DNA of 64,000 nt from an uncultured bacterium. Lineage in GTDB: Bacteria > Actinomycetota > Acidimicrobiia > Spongiisociales > UBA5794. The stretch is taken from assembly GCA_963801165.1 (NCBI GenBank), contig CAWDDT010000005.1:352001-416000 (forward strand), read 5' to 3'. Below, one piece after another: positions 45,747 through 55,490 of this stretch. Position numbers and translations under genes: made by a program. Position 1 is the first letter of the stretch, and each line of letters opens with the position of its first letter. The notes beneath the pieces were generated by a model, which was not told where the DNA came from, made no database searches, and was given only the letters and a program-made list of their open reading frames with translations.

Positions 45747-46744
45747 TGCTCCCGCTCGGTAGATTCGATGAAGGCGGCTATCTCATCAGCCGTCGGAAAG
45801 GCCACCGAGCAGCCATGCCGGGTGACCTCGATCGCACCGCAGGCGTTTGCCTGTCGACATGCCTGTATCCAGTCGTCGCCGGCGTTTCGCCGCCAGATGA
45901 GGCCAGCGGCAAACGCATCACCAGCCCCCACGGTATTCACCGGATCGACGGGGAATCCGGGCACCTCGGTTCTGGTGCCGGCGTTGAGCACCGTCGCACC
46001 TGCCGAACCCCGCTTCACCACCACGGTCTCGACAGTCCTCGTGTCGAGTAGCACTTCGACCAACTGCTCCAGCACCTCTCGATCGACGGATGTGATCCTG
46101 GCTCCAACCGCCACCGGGCCCGGGTCCGGGGCGAGCAGCGCATAGAATTCCTCTTCTGTGCCGATCACAACATCGACCCACGGAAGCACCGGACGCAGGG
46201 TCAGGCCGAATGCATGGGGATGCAACCACTCGCTCGGTCGTAGGTCCAGATCCATGTACGTCGTTGTGTCGTACTGCGCTGCGGTCTGTGCGATCTTGCG
46301 GGCCGCGTCGGCTGTCGTACCGCGGCTGAACGCATCACCTGAGAGCAGCACCGCCTTCGTGTCGGCCATCGGCACCGCGGCCGCGTCGTCGATTGTGAGA
46401 TGAGTGTCCGCGGGGTCCTCGCGATAGAAGGTAAGCGGGAAGCGGTCGGGGGGTTGTACCCCGACCAGAGCGAGCGACGTATGCGTCCCCGTCTTCACCG
46501 AGACGTAGTCGATGCCCACGCCCATGTCGCGCAGATACCGCAGCACCAACTCGCCGACGGTGTCGTCCCCGACGGCAGTGAACGCGGCCGATCTGAGCCC
46601 GAGGCGGCCGGCGGCCATGGCGATGTTCGTCGGCGAACCGCCTACGGCCGCGTCGAAACCGGTCACGTCGGCGAACTCCGCCCCGATGTCCTGTGCGAAC
46701 AGATCGAGGTTCACCCGGCCGACCGTGATCAGATCGATACTCAC
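45743..46744 (-). CDS. iolC: 5-dehydro-2-deoxygluconokinase
   Basis: GRVNLDL, GGSPTNIA, PPDRFPLTFYRE, NTVGAGDAF; lies between iolB and iolD. Confidence 0.87.
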   Translation of the reverse strand: MSIDLITVGRVNLDLFAQDIGAEFADVTGFDAAVGGSPTNIAMAAGRLGLRSAAFTAVGDDTVGELVLRYLRDMGVGIDYVSVKTGTHTSLALVGVQPPDRFPLTFYREDPADTHLTIDDAAAVPMADTKAVLLSGDAFSRGTTADAARKIAQTAAQYDTTTYMDLDLRPSEWLHPHAFGLTLRPVLPWVDVVIGTEEEFYALLAPDPGPVAVGARITSVDREVLEQLVEVLLDTRTVETVVVKRGSAGATVLNAGTRTEVPGFPVDPVNTVGAGDAFAAGLIWRRNAGDDWIQACRQANACGAIEVTRHGCSVAFPTADEIAAFIESTEREQ

Positions 46745-47550
46745 GGGGTCATGTCACGCTTCGGTATCGGTTGGTAGCCGGCGCCGATCACGGACTGGTC
46801 ATAGTCGATGACAGACCCGGTCATCACACCTGCCTCGCCGGAGGCGACGAACGCGATCAGCGCCGCAATCTCATCTAGTTTGATGATCTTGCCAAACGGC
46901 ATTGCTGCCTCGGCCCTCTCGAGCCAGTTGTCATCGCTGCCCTCGACCTGCTTCTGGATCACGTCTTCGCCCGGTGTATCCATCCAACCGGCATTGACGC
47001 AGTTGACGCGGATGCGGTCCCAAGCCACGGAATACGCGACGTTCTTGGTGAGCACGGCCAGGCCGGCCTTGGAGACGGCGTATGGCATCAGCCTCGGGAT
47101 ACTGCCGTGAGAGGAAATGGATCCGACGTTGACGATCGCACCGCCCCGGCCCTCGCGGCGCATGATCTCGATAGCGCCCTGCATCAGCAGGAATGGGGCA
47201 CGGACGTTGATGTTCATCATGTCGTCCCACAACTCGACGGTCGTGTCGACGATGGTGCCTCTCAGCGTGAGGCCGGCAGAGTTGACCAGGATATCGATAC
47301 GGCCGAGTGCGGCATCGGTCTCGGCGATGAGCCTCCTGCAGCTGTCTGCGTCGGCTAGCTCGACCTGGACGAATCGAGCAGTGGCGCCCTGTGCTGCCAG
47401 GTCCGCGGCGACCGCCTCTCCCCGCTCTCGATTGCGGCCGCACACGACGATGCCCCGCGCCCCTTCGGCGGCGAGTCGGCGAGCGACGGCCTCGCCGACC
47501 CCCTGGGTGCTTCCTGTTATGAGTGCCGTCTTACCGTCAAACCGACCCAT
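46741..47550 (-). CDS. SDR family oxidoreductase
   Basis: TGSTQGVG, NSAG, YAVSK. Confidence 0.9.
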   Translation of the reverse strand: MGRFDGKTALITGSTQGVGEAVARRLAAEGARGIVVCGRNRERGEAVAADLAAQGATARFVQVELADADSCRRLIAETDAALGRIDILVNSAGLTLRGTIVDTTVELWDDMMNINVRAPFLLMQGAIEIMRREGRGGAIVNVGSISSHGSIPRLMPYAVSKAGLAVLTKNVAYSVAWDRIRVNCVNAGWMDTPGEDVIQKQVEGSDDNWLERAEAAMPFGKIIKLDEIAALIAFVASGEAGVMTGSVIDYDQSVIGAGYQPIPKRDMTP

Positions 47551-47594
47551 GGTTCCTCCCGCCTCGATCTCCAGTGCAGTATATCCCCCAGACT

Positions 47595-47606
47595 TGGAAC
47601 GTTCCA
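47595..47606. promoter_or_regulatory. LacI-type operator TGGAACGTTCCA (copy 2)
   Basis: Perfect palindrome in the gap upstream of the SDR-iolC-iolB-aldolase unit. Confidence 0.75.
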
Positions 47607-47675
47607 GGGATCGGCCGCACACAACTAGCGCAACGACAGCCCTCCCGGGGCGCCTCCCTTGTCGTTCCGTCGAGT

Positions 47676-48476
47676 TCAGACACCGGGTGGATACGGGTGG
47701 TTCACAAACGCCTGACCCATTGCTTCGGGGCCGACGGAGTCATATCCGCAATCAACTGCGAGATCGGCTCCGGTGATGGCAGACGCCCTATCCGAGCAAA
47801 GGAAGACGACCGCGTCTCCCGCCTCGGAGGGGTCGACCATACGCCCCATCAGCTGGAACTCGGCGGCGAAGGCGTCCGCAGCTTCCCTGGTCCCACGCCT
47901 GCGCTCGATGTTGCGGCTCCACGTCCAGCCCAGAGTGATGAGGTTGGCCCGGATGTGATCCGGTGCCAGAGCGTGGGCCATGTTCCGGGTCAACCCGAGC
48001 AACGCCGCCTTGGTCGTCGGGTAGACGATCCGGTTCGGCTGGGAGTGCTTGCCGGAGATCGATCCGATGATGACCACCGCTCCACCGCCCCGCCGCCGCA
48101 TGTGCGGGATGGCCTTCTCGATGAGCATCGCATTGCCGATCACATTCACGTCGAAGGACCGTCGCCAATTGTCGCGGGTTGTCTCCAGCATGCCACAGTC
48201 GAAGATCGCGGCCGCGGTGACTACGAAGTCAATACCGCCGAAGCGGGTGACCGCGGCGTCGACCATGTCGTCGAGATCGTCGTCGCTGGTCACGTCGGCA
48301 CGGACGAACACGGCCGAGTCACCGAGCGGTGCCAGTGCCTCAGCCCCGTTTTGCTCGTTTCGGCCACCGAGGACGACCCGGGCTCCAGCCTCGACGAGCT
48401 TGGCGGCAATGGCGGCGCCGACAAATGAGCCGGCGCCGCTCAACAACGCAACTTTGCCTTCGAGCTCAGCGGCCAC
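47676..48476 (-). CDS. SDR family oxidoreductase
   Basis: SGAGSFVG, YPTTK, ITGADLAVD. Confidence 0.88.
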   Translation of the reverse strand: MAAELEGKVALLSGAGSFVGAAIAAKLVEAGARVVLGGRNEQNGAEALAPLGDSAVFVRADVTSDDDLDDMVDAAVTRFGGIDFVVTAAAIFDCGMLETTRDNWRRSFDVNVIGNAMLIEKAIPHMRRRGGGAVVIIGSISGKHSQPNRIVYPTTKAALLGLTRNMAHALAPDHIRANLITLGWTWSRNIERRRGTREAADAFAAEFQLMGRMVDPSEAGDAVVFLCSDRASAITGADLAVDCGYDSVGPEAMGQAFVNHPYPPGV

Positions 48477-50320
48477 TACACGCCTACTCGCTGGTGCTTC
48501 TTCTCGGCATCGAGTTCGGCCCGGGCCACCCGCACCTGTTCCCGATCACTGACCTCAGGGATGCCGACCTCCCACCATGCTCCGCCTTCGGTCCACGTGT
48601 ACTCGTCGATATCGACGACGATCACGTAGCTGCGATCGGCGGCCTTGGCCCTGGCGAATGCCGCAGGCAGGTCTTCGAGCTTTTCGACCTTCTCGGCAAT
48701 GGCGCCCATCGACTCGGCGTGCTTGACGAAGTCGATCTGCACATACCGCACCTGCTTGGTGTCCCGGAGCAGACAGTTGAACTCGACGCCACCGACGTTC
48801 ATCTGCAACCTGTTGATGACGGCAAACCCGCCGTTGTCACAGACCATGAAGATGACCTTGTCGCCGGTCATCACCGTGGAGTAGATGTCCGAGTTCATCA
48901 TCAGATACGAGCCGTCCCCGGTCCAGGCGATGACGTCTCCGTCGCCCCTGGCGATCTTGGCGCCCCAGGCGCCTGCAATCTCGTAGCCCATGGTCGAGTA
49001 GCCGTATTCGGAGTCGAACGAGCCGACAGACCTCGACCGCCACCCCATCACCAGCTCGCCGGGGAGACCGCCGGCCGCCGACAGGCAGTAGTCGTCTTCG
49101 TCACAGATGTCATTGACGACCTGGATCACCTGGGCATACGCGGGCTTGCCATCTTGCGGCTTGCTCTTCCACGAGTCGAGGTACTCGTGCCATTCGGCGA
49201 TGCGCTTCTGGGCAAACGCCAGCCAGTCCCCGGGTGCCTTGTAGTCGCCGATGGCGGCGTCGAGGGCTTCGATCCCGGCCCTGGCGTCGGCGATCACCGG
49301 CAGCGACTGTTGCTTGTAGGCATCCCACCGCGTGGTGTTGATCGCAACGAACCTGGTGTCGGGGTTCTTGAACACCGTCCACGAACCGGTGGTGAAGTCC
49401 TGGAGCCGGGTGCCGACGGCGAGCACCAGATCTGCATCCTCGGCGACCGCATTGGCAGCTTCCGATCCGGTAACACCGATCGGGCCCGCATAGTTGGGGT
49501 GGTTGTGGACGAACGCCGCCTTCCCGGCAACCGTCTCGACGACAGGGATTCCCCGTCTGACTGCAAAATCGGTGAGCTCGGCAACGGCGTCGGAATAGTG
49601 AACGCCACCACCGGCGATGATCATCGGCTTGTCTGCCTTCATCAACAGATCGGCTGCGGCTGCGATATCCCGCGGATCGGGCCCCGGCCGCCGCACGTAG
49701 TGAATCTTCTTCTCGAAGAACTTCGCCGGGTAGTCGTATGCCTCGGCCTGGATGTCCTGAGGCAGGGCGAAGAACACCGGCCCGCGAGTTCCCGGGTCGA
49801 GCATCACCGCAAGTGCCTGCGGGAACGACTGGATGACCTGCTCGGGACGGCTGATCCGATCCCAGTAGCGAGTTACGGGCTTGAAAGCGTCCGCGGCGGT
49901 GACAGTGGGATCCTCGAAATTCTCCACCTGCTGTAGGACTGGATCGACGATGCGGTGCTGGAAGGTGTCGCCGGAGAAGAGCAACACGGGGATGCGGTTG
50001 GCGTGTGCGGCTGCTGCGGCTGTGACCATGTTGGTGCTTCCCGGACCGATCGAGGAGCTGGCAATCATGATCCGCCGTCCCCGCATCGCCTTGCCGTAGG
50101 CAACGGCAGCGAGAGCCATGGACTGCTCGTTGTGCCCGCGGTAGGTGGGCAACTGTTCCTGGACGGGCTCGAGAGCCTCAGCCAGACAGGTCACATTGCC
50201 ATGACCGAAGATGCCGAAGAGACCGGCGAAGACGCAGACCTCTTCACCGTCGACAACGGTTCGCTGCGCCAGCAGCCACTTGACGATGGCCTGGGCTGTG
50301 GTCAAACGGATTGTTTCCAC
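48476..50320 (-). CDS. iolD: 3D-(3,5/4)-trihydroxycyclohexane-1,2-dione acylhydrolase
   Basis: TIRLTTAQA, GIFGHGNV, HNEQSMA, GDGSYLM TPP motif, WWEVGIPEVS. Confidence 0.95.
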   Translation of the reverse strand: METIRLTTAQAIVKWLLAQRTVVDGEEVCVFAGLFGIFGHGNVTCLAEALEPVQEQLPTYRGHNEQSMALAAVAYGKAMRGRRIMIASSSIGPGSTNMVTAAAAAHANRIPVLLFSGDTFQHRIVDPVLQQVENFEDPTVTAADAFKPVTRYWDRISRPEQVIQSFPQALAVMLDPGTRGPVFFALPQDIQAEAYDYPAKFFEKKIHYVRRPGPDPRDIAAAADLLMKADKPMIIAGGGVHYSDAVAELTDFAVRRGIPVVETVAGKAAFVHNHPNYAGPIGVTGSEAANAVAEDADLVLAVGTRLQDFTTGSWTVFKNPDTRFVAINTTRWDAYKQQSLPVIADARAGIEALDAAIGDYKAPGDWLAFAQKRIAEWHEYLDSWKSKPQDGKPAYAQVIQVVNDICDEDDYCLSAAGGLPGELVMGWRSRSVGSFDSEYGYSTMGYEIAGAWGAKIARGDGDVIAWTGDGSYLMMNSDIYSTVMTGDKVIFMVCDNGGFAVINRLQMNVGGVEFNCLLRDTKQVRYVQIDFVKHAESMGAIAEKVEKLEDLPAAFARAKAADRSYVIVVDIDEYTWTEGGAWWEVGIPEVSDREQVRVARAELDAEKKHQRVGV

Positions 50321-50332
50321 GAGTTCTCCTCC

Positions 50333-51097
50333 TCAGCCGCGCACCGCGGACAAATAGGCTTGCATTCCTTGCTTAATGAATCCTTCGACGCCCGACGTGA
50401 AATAGCGGGCACCCTTGTCGTACCACTCGGCAGCGAACTCCGGCGTTCCCGCATAGATGCCAAGGGTCTTGTCCGACTTCGTCACCACATCCGCCACCCG
50501 CTCCATGGCCTCCTTCACCTCGGGATGGCCCGGGTTGCCGGGATGACCGAGCGAGTGGGAGAGATCGGTGGGACCAATGAACAGCACGTCTACGCCGTCG
50601 ATCGTCGTGTAGTCCTCCACTGCGGCCACGGCATCGGTGGTTTCGATGTGAATGATGACCATGGTCTCCCGATTGGCGCGGGCGGTGAAGTCGGCCAGTG
50701 ACTCGGTGTTGCCCCAGCCACCCTGCCGACTCCCGGCCAGACCGCGGAGCCCGCGCGGCCCGTACTTTACGGAGCGGACCACCTGCTCAACGGCTTCTGC
50801 AGTGTTCACCCACGGCACCTGGACGCCGTGCGCCCCCGCATCGAGGAAGCGCAGGATCGTGGATGGCTCGTTGGTGGTGACGCGCGCTATAGGGGTCACC
50901 CCGTGTAACTCGGCGGCACGGGAGAGCCCTTCGATGTCACGGGCTTCGAGCGAACCGTGCTCGGCATCGAAGATGATGAAGTCCCAGCCCTGCATGGCGA
51001 CGTGCTCGGCCAGCGATGGCTCGGCGTATCGGAAGAACAAGCCGTAGACGGCCTCGCCGTTCTCGAGCTTCTTCCTGGTTGTGTTGGTTGTGAGCAT
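50333..51097 (-). CDS. HpcH/HpaI aldolase family protein
   Basis: DAEHG, LDAGAHGVQVP, HIET, FIGPTDLS. Confidence 0.88.
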   Translation of the reverse strand: MLTTNTTRKKLENGEAVYGLFFRYAEPSLAEHVAMQGWDFIIFDAEHGSLEARDIEGLSRAAELHGVTPIARVTTNEPSTILRFLDAGAHGVQVPWVNTAEAVEQVVRSVKYGPRGLRGLAGSRQGGWGNTESLADFTARANRETMVIIHIETTDAVAAVEDYTTIDGVDVLFIGPTDLSHSLGHPGNPGHPEVKEAMERVADVVTKSDKTLGIYAGTPEFAAEWYDKGARYFTSGVEGFIKQGMQAYLSAVRG

Positions 51098-51105
51098 GTG
51101 CTTCC

Positions 51106-52281
51106 TCAGTCGATACGCAAGCTGACGACGTCCTCCCACTTTCCGGACTCGAAGGACCGGATCATGGCGGCCATCACTGAGGCTACGTTGAGCGCGTCGT
51201 TGAAGTTGGGGTAGTTCGTGCCACCTGCGGCCACGGCCGTCATGAACTCCAGTGCCTCGATCACCTTCAAGTCCTCGTAGCCGATGGAGTTGCCGCCACC
51301 GGGGACGAAATTGCCGTGGTGAGGGAATTGGTCGCCGGACAAGACCTCGATGAAGCCATCCGCCGGCTGCTCCTCGGGGAGATACAGCTGGAGCTGGTTG
51401 AGCTTTTCGTGGTCCCACATCGCGGCGCCCTTGGCTCCGTTGACCTCGAAGCGCATTTGACTCTGCGGCCCGAAGATCGAGCGGTCTGCTTCGAGCGTGC
51501 CGCGCGCTCCGTTCTCGAACTCGACCAGAGCACCGACGTAGTCTTCGTTGGTGACCTCCCCCATCGGGTCACCCGGCTTGCCCCGGTCGTAGTGGGTGCC
51601 TTTGCCCGGTGTCGGCAGGGGACGCTGTTTGACGAAGATCTCCTTGGTGGCCACGACTCTCTTGATCGGCCCGCTGATGTAGTGGGCCATGTCGAGAGCG
51701 TGGGACATGATGTCTGCGAGCACCCCGTATCCGGCCGCCTCCTGCTTGAAGCGCCATGAAAGGAGACCTAGCCGATCACGCCCGTACATCGAGAAGAACC
51801 GGCCCCGATAGTGAGTCAGCTCGCCGAGCCTGCCGTCGTCGATGAGCCGGCGGGTGTATTGCACGAGCGGTGCCTGGCGGTAGTTGTAGCCGCAGCCGGT
51901 GACAACGCCGGCGTCCCGTGCCGCCTTCTCGATGACGGCCGTGGCCTGGGGGGAGATGCCGACGGGCTTCTCACACGTGATGTGCTTGCCCGCGGCTGCG
52001 GCGGCTACCGCAAGCTCTTCGTGCATGCTGGTGGGAGCGGTGATGTCGATGACATCGATGTCGTCCCGTTCCAGCAGGTCATGCCAATCAGCGGTTCCGG
52101 ATTCGAACCCGAAGTTGCTGATGGCCAGATCGACCCGTTCCGGGACGTTGTCGGCGATGGCAACGAGCCTGGGGGCGAGGCCTCGCTCCGGGAAGTACGC
52201 CGGGATGCTGCGATAGGCGCGGCTGTGTGACTGCCCCATCCATCCGAAACCGATGACGCCGACACCGATAGTCTTACTCAC
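51106..52281 (-). CDS. Gfo/Idh/MocA oxidoreductase (inositol dehydrogenase-like)
   Basis: GFGWMG, CEKP, GYNYR, DIMSHALD. Confidence 0.88.
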   Translation of the reverse strand: MSKTIGVGVIGFGWMGQSHSRAYRSIPAYFPERGLAPRLVAIADNVPERVDLAISNFGFESGTADWHDLLERDDIDVIDITAPTSMHEELAVAAAAAGKHITCEKPVGISPQATAVIEKAARDAGVVTGCGYNYRQAPLVQYTRRLIDDGRLGELTHYRGRFFSMYGRDRLGLLSWRFKQEAAGYGVLADIMSHALDMAHYISGPIKRVVATKEIFVKQRPLPTPGKGTHYDRGKPGDPMGEVTNEDYVGALVEFENGARGTLEADRSIFGPQSQMRFEVNGAKGAAMWDHEKLNQLQLYLPEEQPADGFIEVLSGDQFPHHGNFVPGGGNSIGYEDLKVIEALEFMTAVAAGGTNYPNFNDALNVASVMAAMIRSFESGKWEDVVSLRID

Positions 52282-52289
52282 TGTTTCTC

Positions 52290-53255
52290 CTATCTAGCCC
52301 ACACCTCAGGGTTGACGAGATGTGGTGGTCTTTGTCCGTTCACGACCTGGATGACCTGGTCGAAAGCTGAGTTGAAGATGCGCCGCTTGGCACCCGCCGT
52401 CCCGGCGGCCACGTGTGCGGTGACGACGACGTCAAGGCGGTGCAGCAGCGGATGATCGGGGGGCAGCGGCTCCGGGTCGGTGACGTCCAGCCCCGCCCCA
52501 AAGAGGTGGCCGGAGTCGAGAGCCGTTGCCAGCGCTTCCGCATCCACCAGTCCGCCGCGCGCCGTGTTGATGAGAATGGCACCCGGCTTCATCGCGGCGA
52601 GAAGGTCATGGCCGACCAGCCCTGCACTCGCTTCGGTCAGTGGGATGTGAAGCGACAGCACATCTGAGATTTGCGCAAGCTCCTCGACGGTGTCGCTGCG
52701 GGTGACCCCATCGAACCGGTCGGGATCGAGATAGGGGTCGTAAGCCGCGATGCTCATGCCGAGGCCCGAAGTGATTTCTGCGACCCGCCGGGCAATCCTC
52801 CCGTAGCCGACCAGACCCAGCGTCAACCCGGCAAGCTCGATTCCGACGTGGCGTGCGTAGAAGTCCGAGCCGCCTCCCCGCAGTTCACTCTCAGAGCGTT
52901 TGACGTTCTTGGCGGCCATCATCAGGAGCGTGACGGCGTGCTCTGCAGTGGAGATGGTGGGAGCATCCGGCGTGTTGGTGACCGCGATTCCGCGCTCCGT
53001 GGCGGCAGCAACATCCACCTTGTCGTAGCCGATCCCGGTGCGGGCAATGACTCGGAGACCAGGGGCGAGATCCATCAGCGCACCGTCGTAGACGTGCTGG
53101 GAAGCGACGATACCCAACGCCCCCGGAAGGCCCGCATAGGGATCGTCTGGAGTAGCCGAGGCCGGTCCGAGGATGGTTGCCTCCCCGGCGACGCGGGCGC
53201 GCAGATCCGGCAGGATCTCTCGTTCAAACCATACAGGCGGCAACGACGCGGGCAA
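52290..53255 (-). CDS. D-isomer specific 2-hydroxyacid dehydrogenase
   Basis: GIGYD, GYGRIA, INTARG, LDVTDPEP, TAHVA. Confidence 0.88.
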   Translation of the reverse strand: MPASLPPVWFEREILPDLRARVAGEATILGPASATPDDPYAGLPGALGIVASQHVYDGALMDLAPGLRVIARTGIGYDKVDVAAATERGIAVTNTPDAPTISTAEHAVTLLMMAAKNVKRSESELRGGGSDFYARHVGIELAGLTLGLVGYGRIARRVAEITSGLGMSIAAYDPYLDPDRFDGVTRSDTVEELAQISDVLSLHIPLTEASAGLVGHDLLAAMKPGAILINTARGGLVDAEALATALDSGHLFGAGLDVTDPEPLPPDHPLLHRLDVVVTAHVAAGTAGAKRRIFNSAFDQVIQVVNGQRPPHLVNPEVWAR

Positions 53256-53295
53256 TCAGGTCCTCCGATTGTCCTGCCATACTACATCGTGCGAT

Positions 53296-53307
53296 TGGAA
53301 CGTTCCA
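53296..53307. promoter_or_regulatory. LacI-type operator TGGAACGTTCCA (copy 3)
   Basis: Palindrome extends to TTGGAACGTTCCAA (53295-53308) at the head of the cluster. Confidence 0.75.
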
Positions 53308-53365
53308 AGCCGAGTAGGTGCCTTCTGCCCGGGCGCGTCGCACCCGCGGCTAGGCTCATCCGGCC

Positions 53366-53740
53366 ATGACTCAGCAACCGGAAAGAATCCAGGATCGCAT
53401 GCGTGCTGCATTGCCCGCAGCCATGAAGGCGCGTGACAAGATCACCGTCGCCGCGTTGCGATCCGCGCTGGCCGCGATCGAGAATGCCGGGGCGGTGGCT
53501 ACCCCGGACGCCCCTACCCCCCTGATCGGCAACAGCGGGGTCGCCGGTGCTGCCATCGGCGTCGGCGCCACGGAGGTTGCCCGCCGTGATCTCAGCGAAG
53601 CCCACGTCACCGAGATCGTGCGCGGCGAGATAGCCGAACGGCAACGGGCCGCCGCAACCTACGAGCAAGCCGGACGGTACGACCGGGCGCGGGCACTCCA
53701 CGACGAGGCCGCCGTGCTCACCGCGCACCTCGGTCGCTGA
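53366..53740 (+). CDS. GatB/YqeY-like domain protein
   Basis: AAMKARDK..VAALRSALAAIENA, TEVARRDLS. Confidence 0.78.
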   Translation: MTQQPERIQDRMRAALPAAMKARDKITVAALRSALAAIENAGAVATPDAPTPLIGNSGVAGAAIGVGATEVARRDLSEAHVTEIVRGEIAERQRAAATYEQAGRYDRARALHDEAAVLTAHLGR

Positions 53741-53927
53741 CGGCGCCGGGCGGATCCGTCCCAACCATTCGGAGCGATTGACCCGTACGGTGGTTGTCCC
53801 GACAGGGCGAAGGAAGACGTCATGCCCGACAGTGCCGCACGCAGAACCGCCACGGCTGACTCCTTCCTCTACTTGTCTGATGGTGCGAGGGGTTGGATCC
53901 ACTCCCTCGTGTTGAAGTCGATTTCCC

Positions 53928-54027
53928 GGACGTCTGGTGGGACGTCTGGCGGGATGTCTGGTGGGACGTCTGGTGGGACGTCTGGTGGGACGTCTGGTGG
54001 GACGTCTGGTGGGACGTCTGGTGGGAC
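53928..54027. repeat. 12-bp tandem repeat GGACGTCTGGTG x8.3
   Basis: Eight full units (two with single substitutions) plus GGAC. Confidence 0.93.
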
Positions 54028-54106
54028 TAAGGATCTGCCAAATCAAACCGGATCCTGGTTGAGACTGGTCACTAGCCTTGACGGGGCACCCAATAGGGAG
54101 CGATGC

Positions 54107-54586
54107 ATGCCAGACGATCGCAAGAAGCCGGCCCGGATTCCCCCACGATGGTTCGTTCGCACCGCCTGGTCCGTGCACCGCGGCTTGTACCGCGTGACCG
54201 GTCACCGGTTCGGGCTGCGCCGGGTGAAGGGCAGCCGCTGGGGAATGATGCATCTCACCACCATCGGGCGTCGCACCGGGCAGGAACGAGGGGTCATCCT
54301 CGGCTACTTCGACGACGGACCGAACCTGGTCACGATGGCGATGAACGGCTGGGGCGAAGCCGAACCCGCCTGGTGGCTCAACCTACAGGCGCACCCGGAC
54401 GTCACCGTCAATCTCGTCGGCGGCAGCCGCAACGTCAGGGGCCGAGCCGCAAAGGGATACGAACGGGAACGACTGTGGGACCGCTGGCGAGAGTTCGACG
54501 CAAAACTCGATGACTACGCGGCGCTCCGATCCGGTGAGACCACCGTCGTCGTCCTCGAACCGTCGACCGGCACCAGAGGCCTCTAG
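54107..54586 (+). CDS. Deazaflavin (F420)-dependent nitroreductase family protein
   Basis: LTTIGRRTGQER, NGWGEAEPAWWLNL, VVVLEP. Confidence 0.85.
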   Translation: MPDDRKKPARIPPRWFVRTAWSVHRGLYRVTGHRFGLRRVKGSRWGMMHLTTIGRRTGQERGVILGYFDDGPNLVTMAMNGWGEAEPAWWLNLQAHPDVTVNLVGGSRNVRGRAAKGYERERLWDRWREFDAKLDDYAALRSGETTVVVLEPSTGTRGL

Positions 54587-54607
54587 CGTCGCAAGAAACG
54601 GCAGGGG

Positions 54608-55489
54608 TCAGCCGGCGAACACCGGCTCGGGTAGGCCACCGACGCCGGGGTCGAATACGAAGAGGCCGCCGTGGGGGCCGGGACCGTCCTTTTCCGGGTC
54701 GCGTACTCCGATGCTGGTGATGTACATCGTGTCGAGGTTCGGGCCACCGAACGCAGGCATTGTCGGGCGAATTACCGGCACGTCGACCACCCGGTCGACA
54801 GCACCGTTCGGCGTGATCCGCGCCACCGCCGCCCCACCGACACACGCCACCCAGTAGCAGCCCGTCTCGTCGACACATGCGCCGTCCGGCTTTCCGGGAA
54901 GCCCCGCAGCTCCGAACTCCAGGAACACCCGCTCGTTGTGTCGTTCACCCGTGTCGACGTCGTAGTCGTATGCGAACACGGTCTTGTCCAGGGTCTCCGC
55001 CCAGTACATCGTCTTGCCGTCGGGCGAGAAGGCCGTGCCGTTGGCGCAGCCGACATGGTCACGAACCGTCGCGAAGCTCCCGTCGGGCTCCACCCGGTGC
55101 AGGTAGGACACGTACTGCATAGCGGACGTCGGGTCGTAGATGCCGCCCACCCAGAAGCGACCTGCCGGATCGCACCGCCCGTCGTTGAGCCGGACGTTCG
55201 GCTGCGTCTCCTCGAGCGTCATCCACGGCGTCAGCTCGCCGTTGTCGAGGTCCAGCCAGGCCATCCCGACGTCGACGGCAACCAACAGACGTGACGGGTC
55301 GGCCGTCTTGCCGAGCGCGGTCGGCTTGCCTTCCAGATCCCACTTGCGGTCGTCTCCCGTCTCCGGTGAGAAGGCGTGCACCGCACAGCCGTCGATATCG
55401 ACCCAGTAGAGGACACCCTGCTCCGCGCTCCACACCGGGCTCTCGCCCAGCTTGGCGCCTGCGTCGAGGATCAGCTCGGCCGATGCCAT
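54608..55489 (-). CDS. SMP-30/gluconolactonase family protein
   Basis: LGESPVW, RLNDGRCDPAGRFW, ANGTAFSPDG, PDGACVD. Confidence 0.9.
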   Translation of the reverse strand: MASAELILDAGAKLGESPVWSAEQGVLYWVDIDGCAVHAFSPETGDDRKWDLEGKPTALGKTADPSRLLVAVDVGMAWLDLDNGELTPWMTLEETQPNVRLNDGRCDPAGRFWVGGIYDPTSAMQYVSYLHRVEPDGSFATVRDHVGCANGTAFSPDGKTMYWAETLDKTVFAYDYDVDTGERHNERVFLEFGAAGLPGKPDGACVDETGCYWVACVGGAAVARITPNGAVDRVVDVPVIRPTMPAFGGPNLDTMYITSIGVRDPEKDGPGPHGGLFVFDPGVGGLPEPVFAG

Positions 55490-55490
55490 G

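Noticed and set aside
53928-54027. CRISPR array
   Set aside because: The 12-bp units are contiguous with no spacers, and there are no cas genes.
53822-54106. N-terminal TSGG-repeat extension of the nitroreductase
   Set aside because: The family domain starts near ATG 54107, which has a GGGAG RBS; the open frame upstream is explained by the stop-free repeat.
46741-55489. Sulfo-Entner-Doudoroff pathway built from the SDRs, HpcH aldolase and SMP-30 lactonase
   Set aside because: The families fit, but there is no IlvD-type dehydratase or aldehyde dehydrogenase here, and the SDR and HpcH genes share operators with iolBCD.
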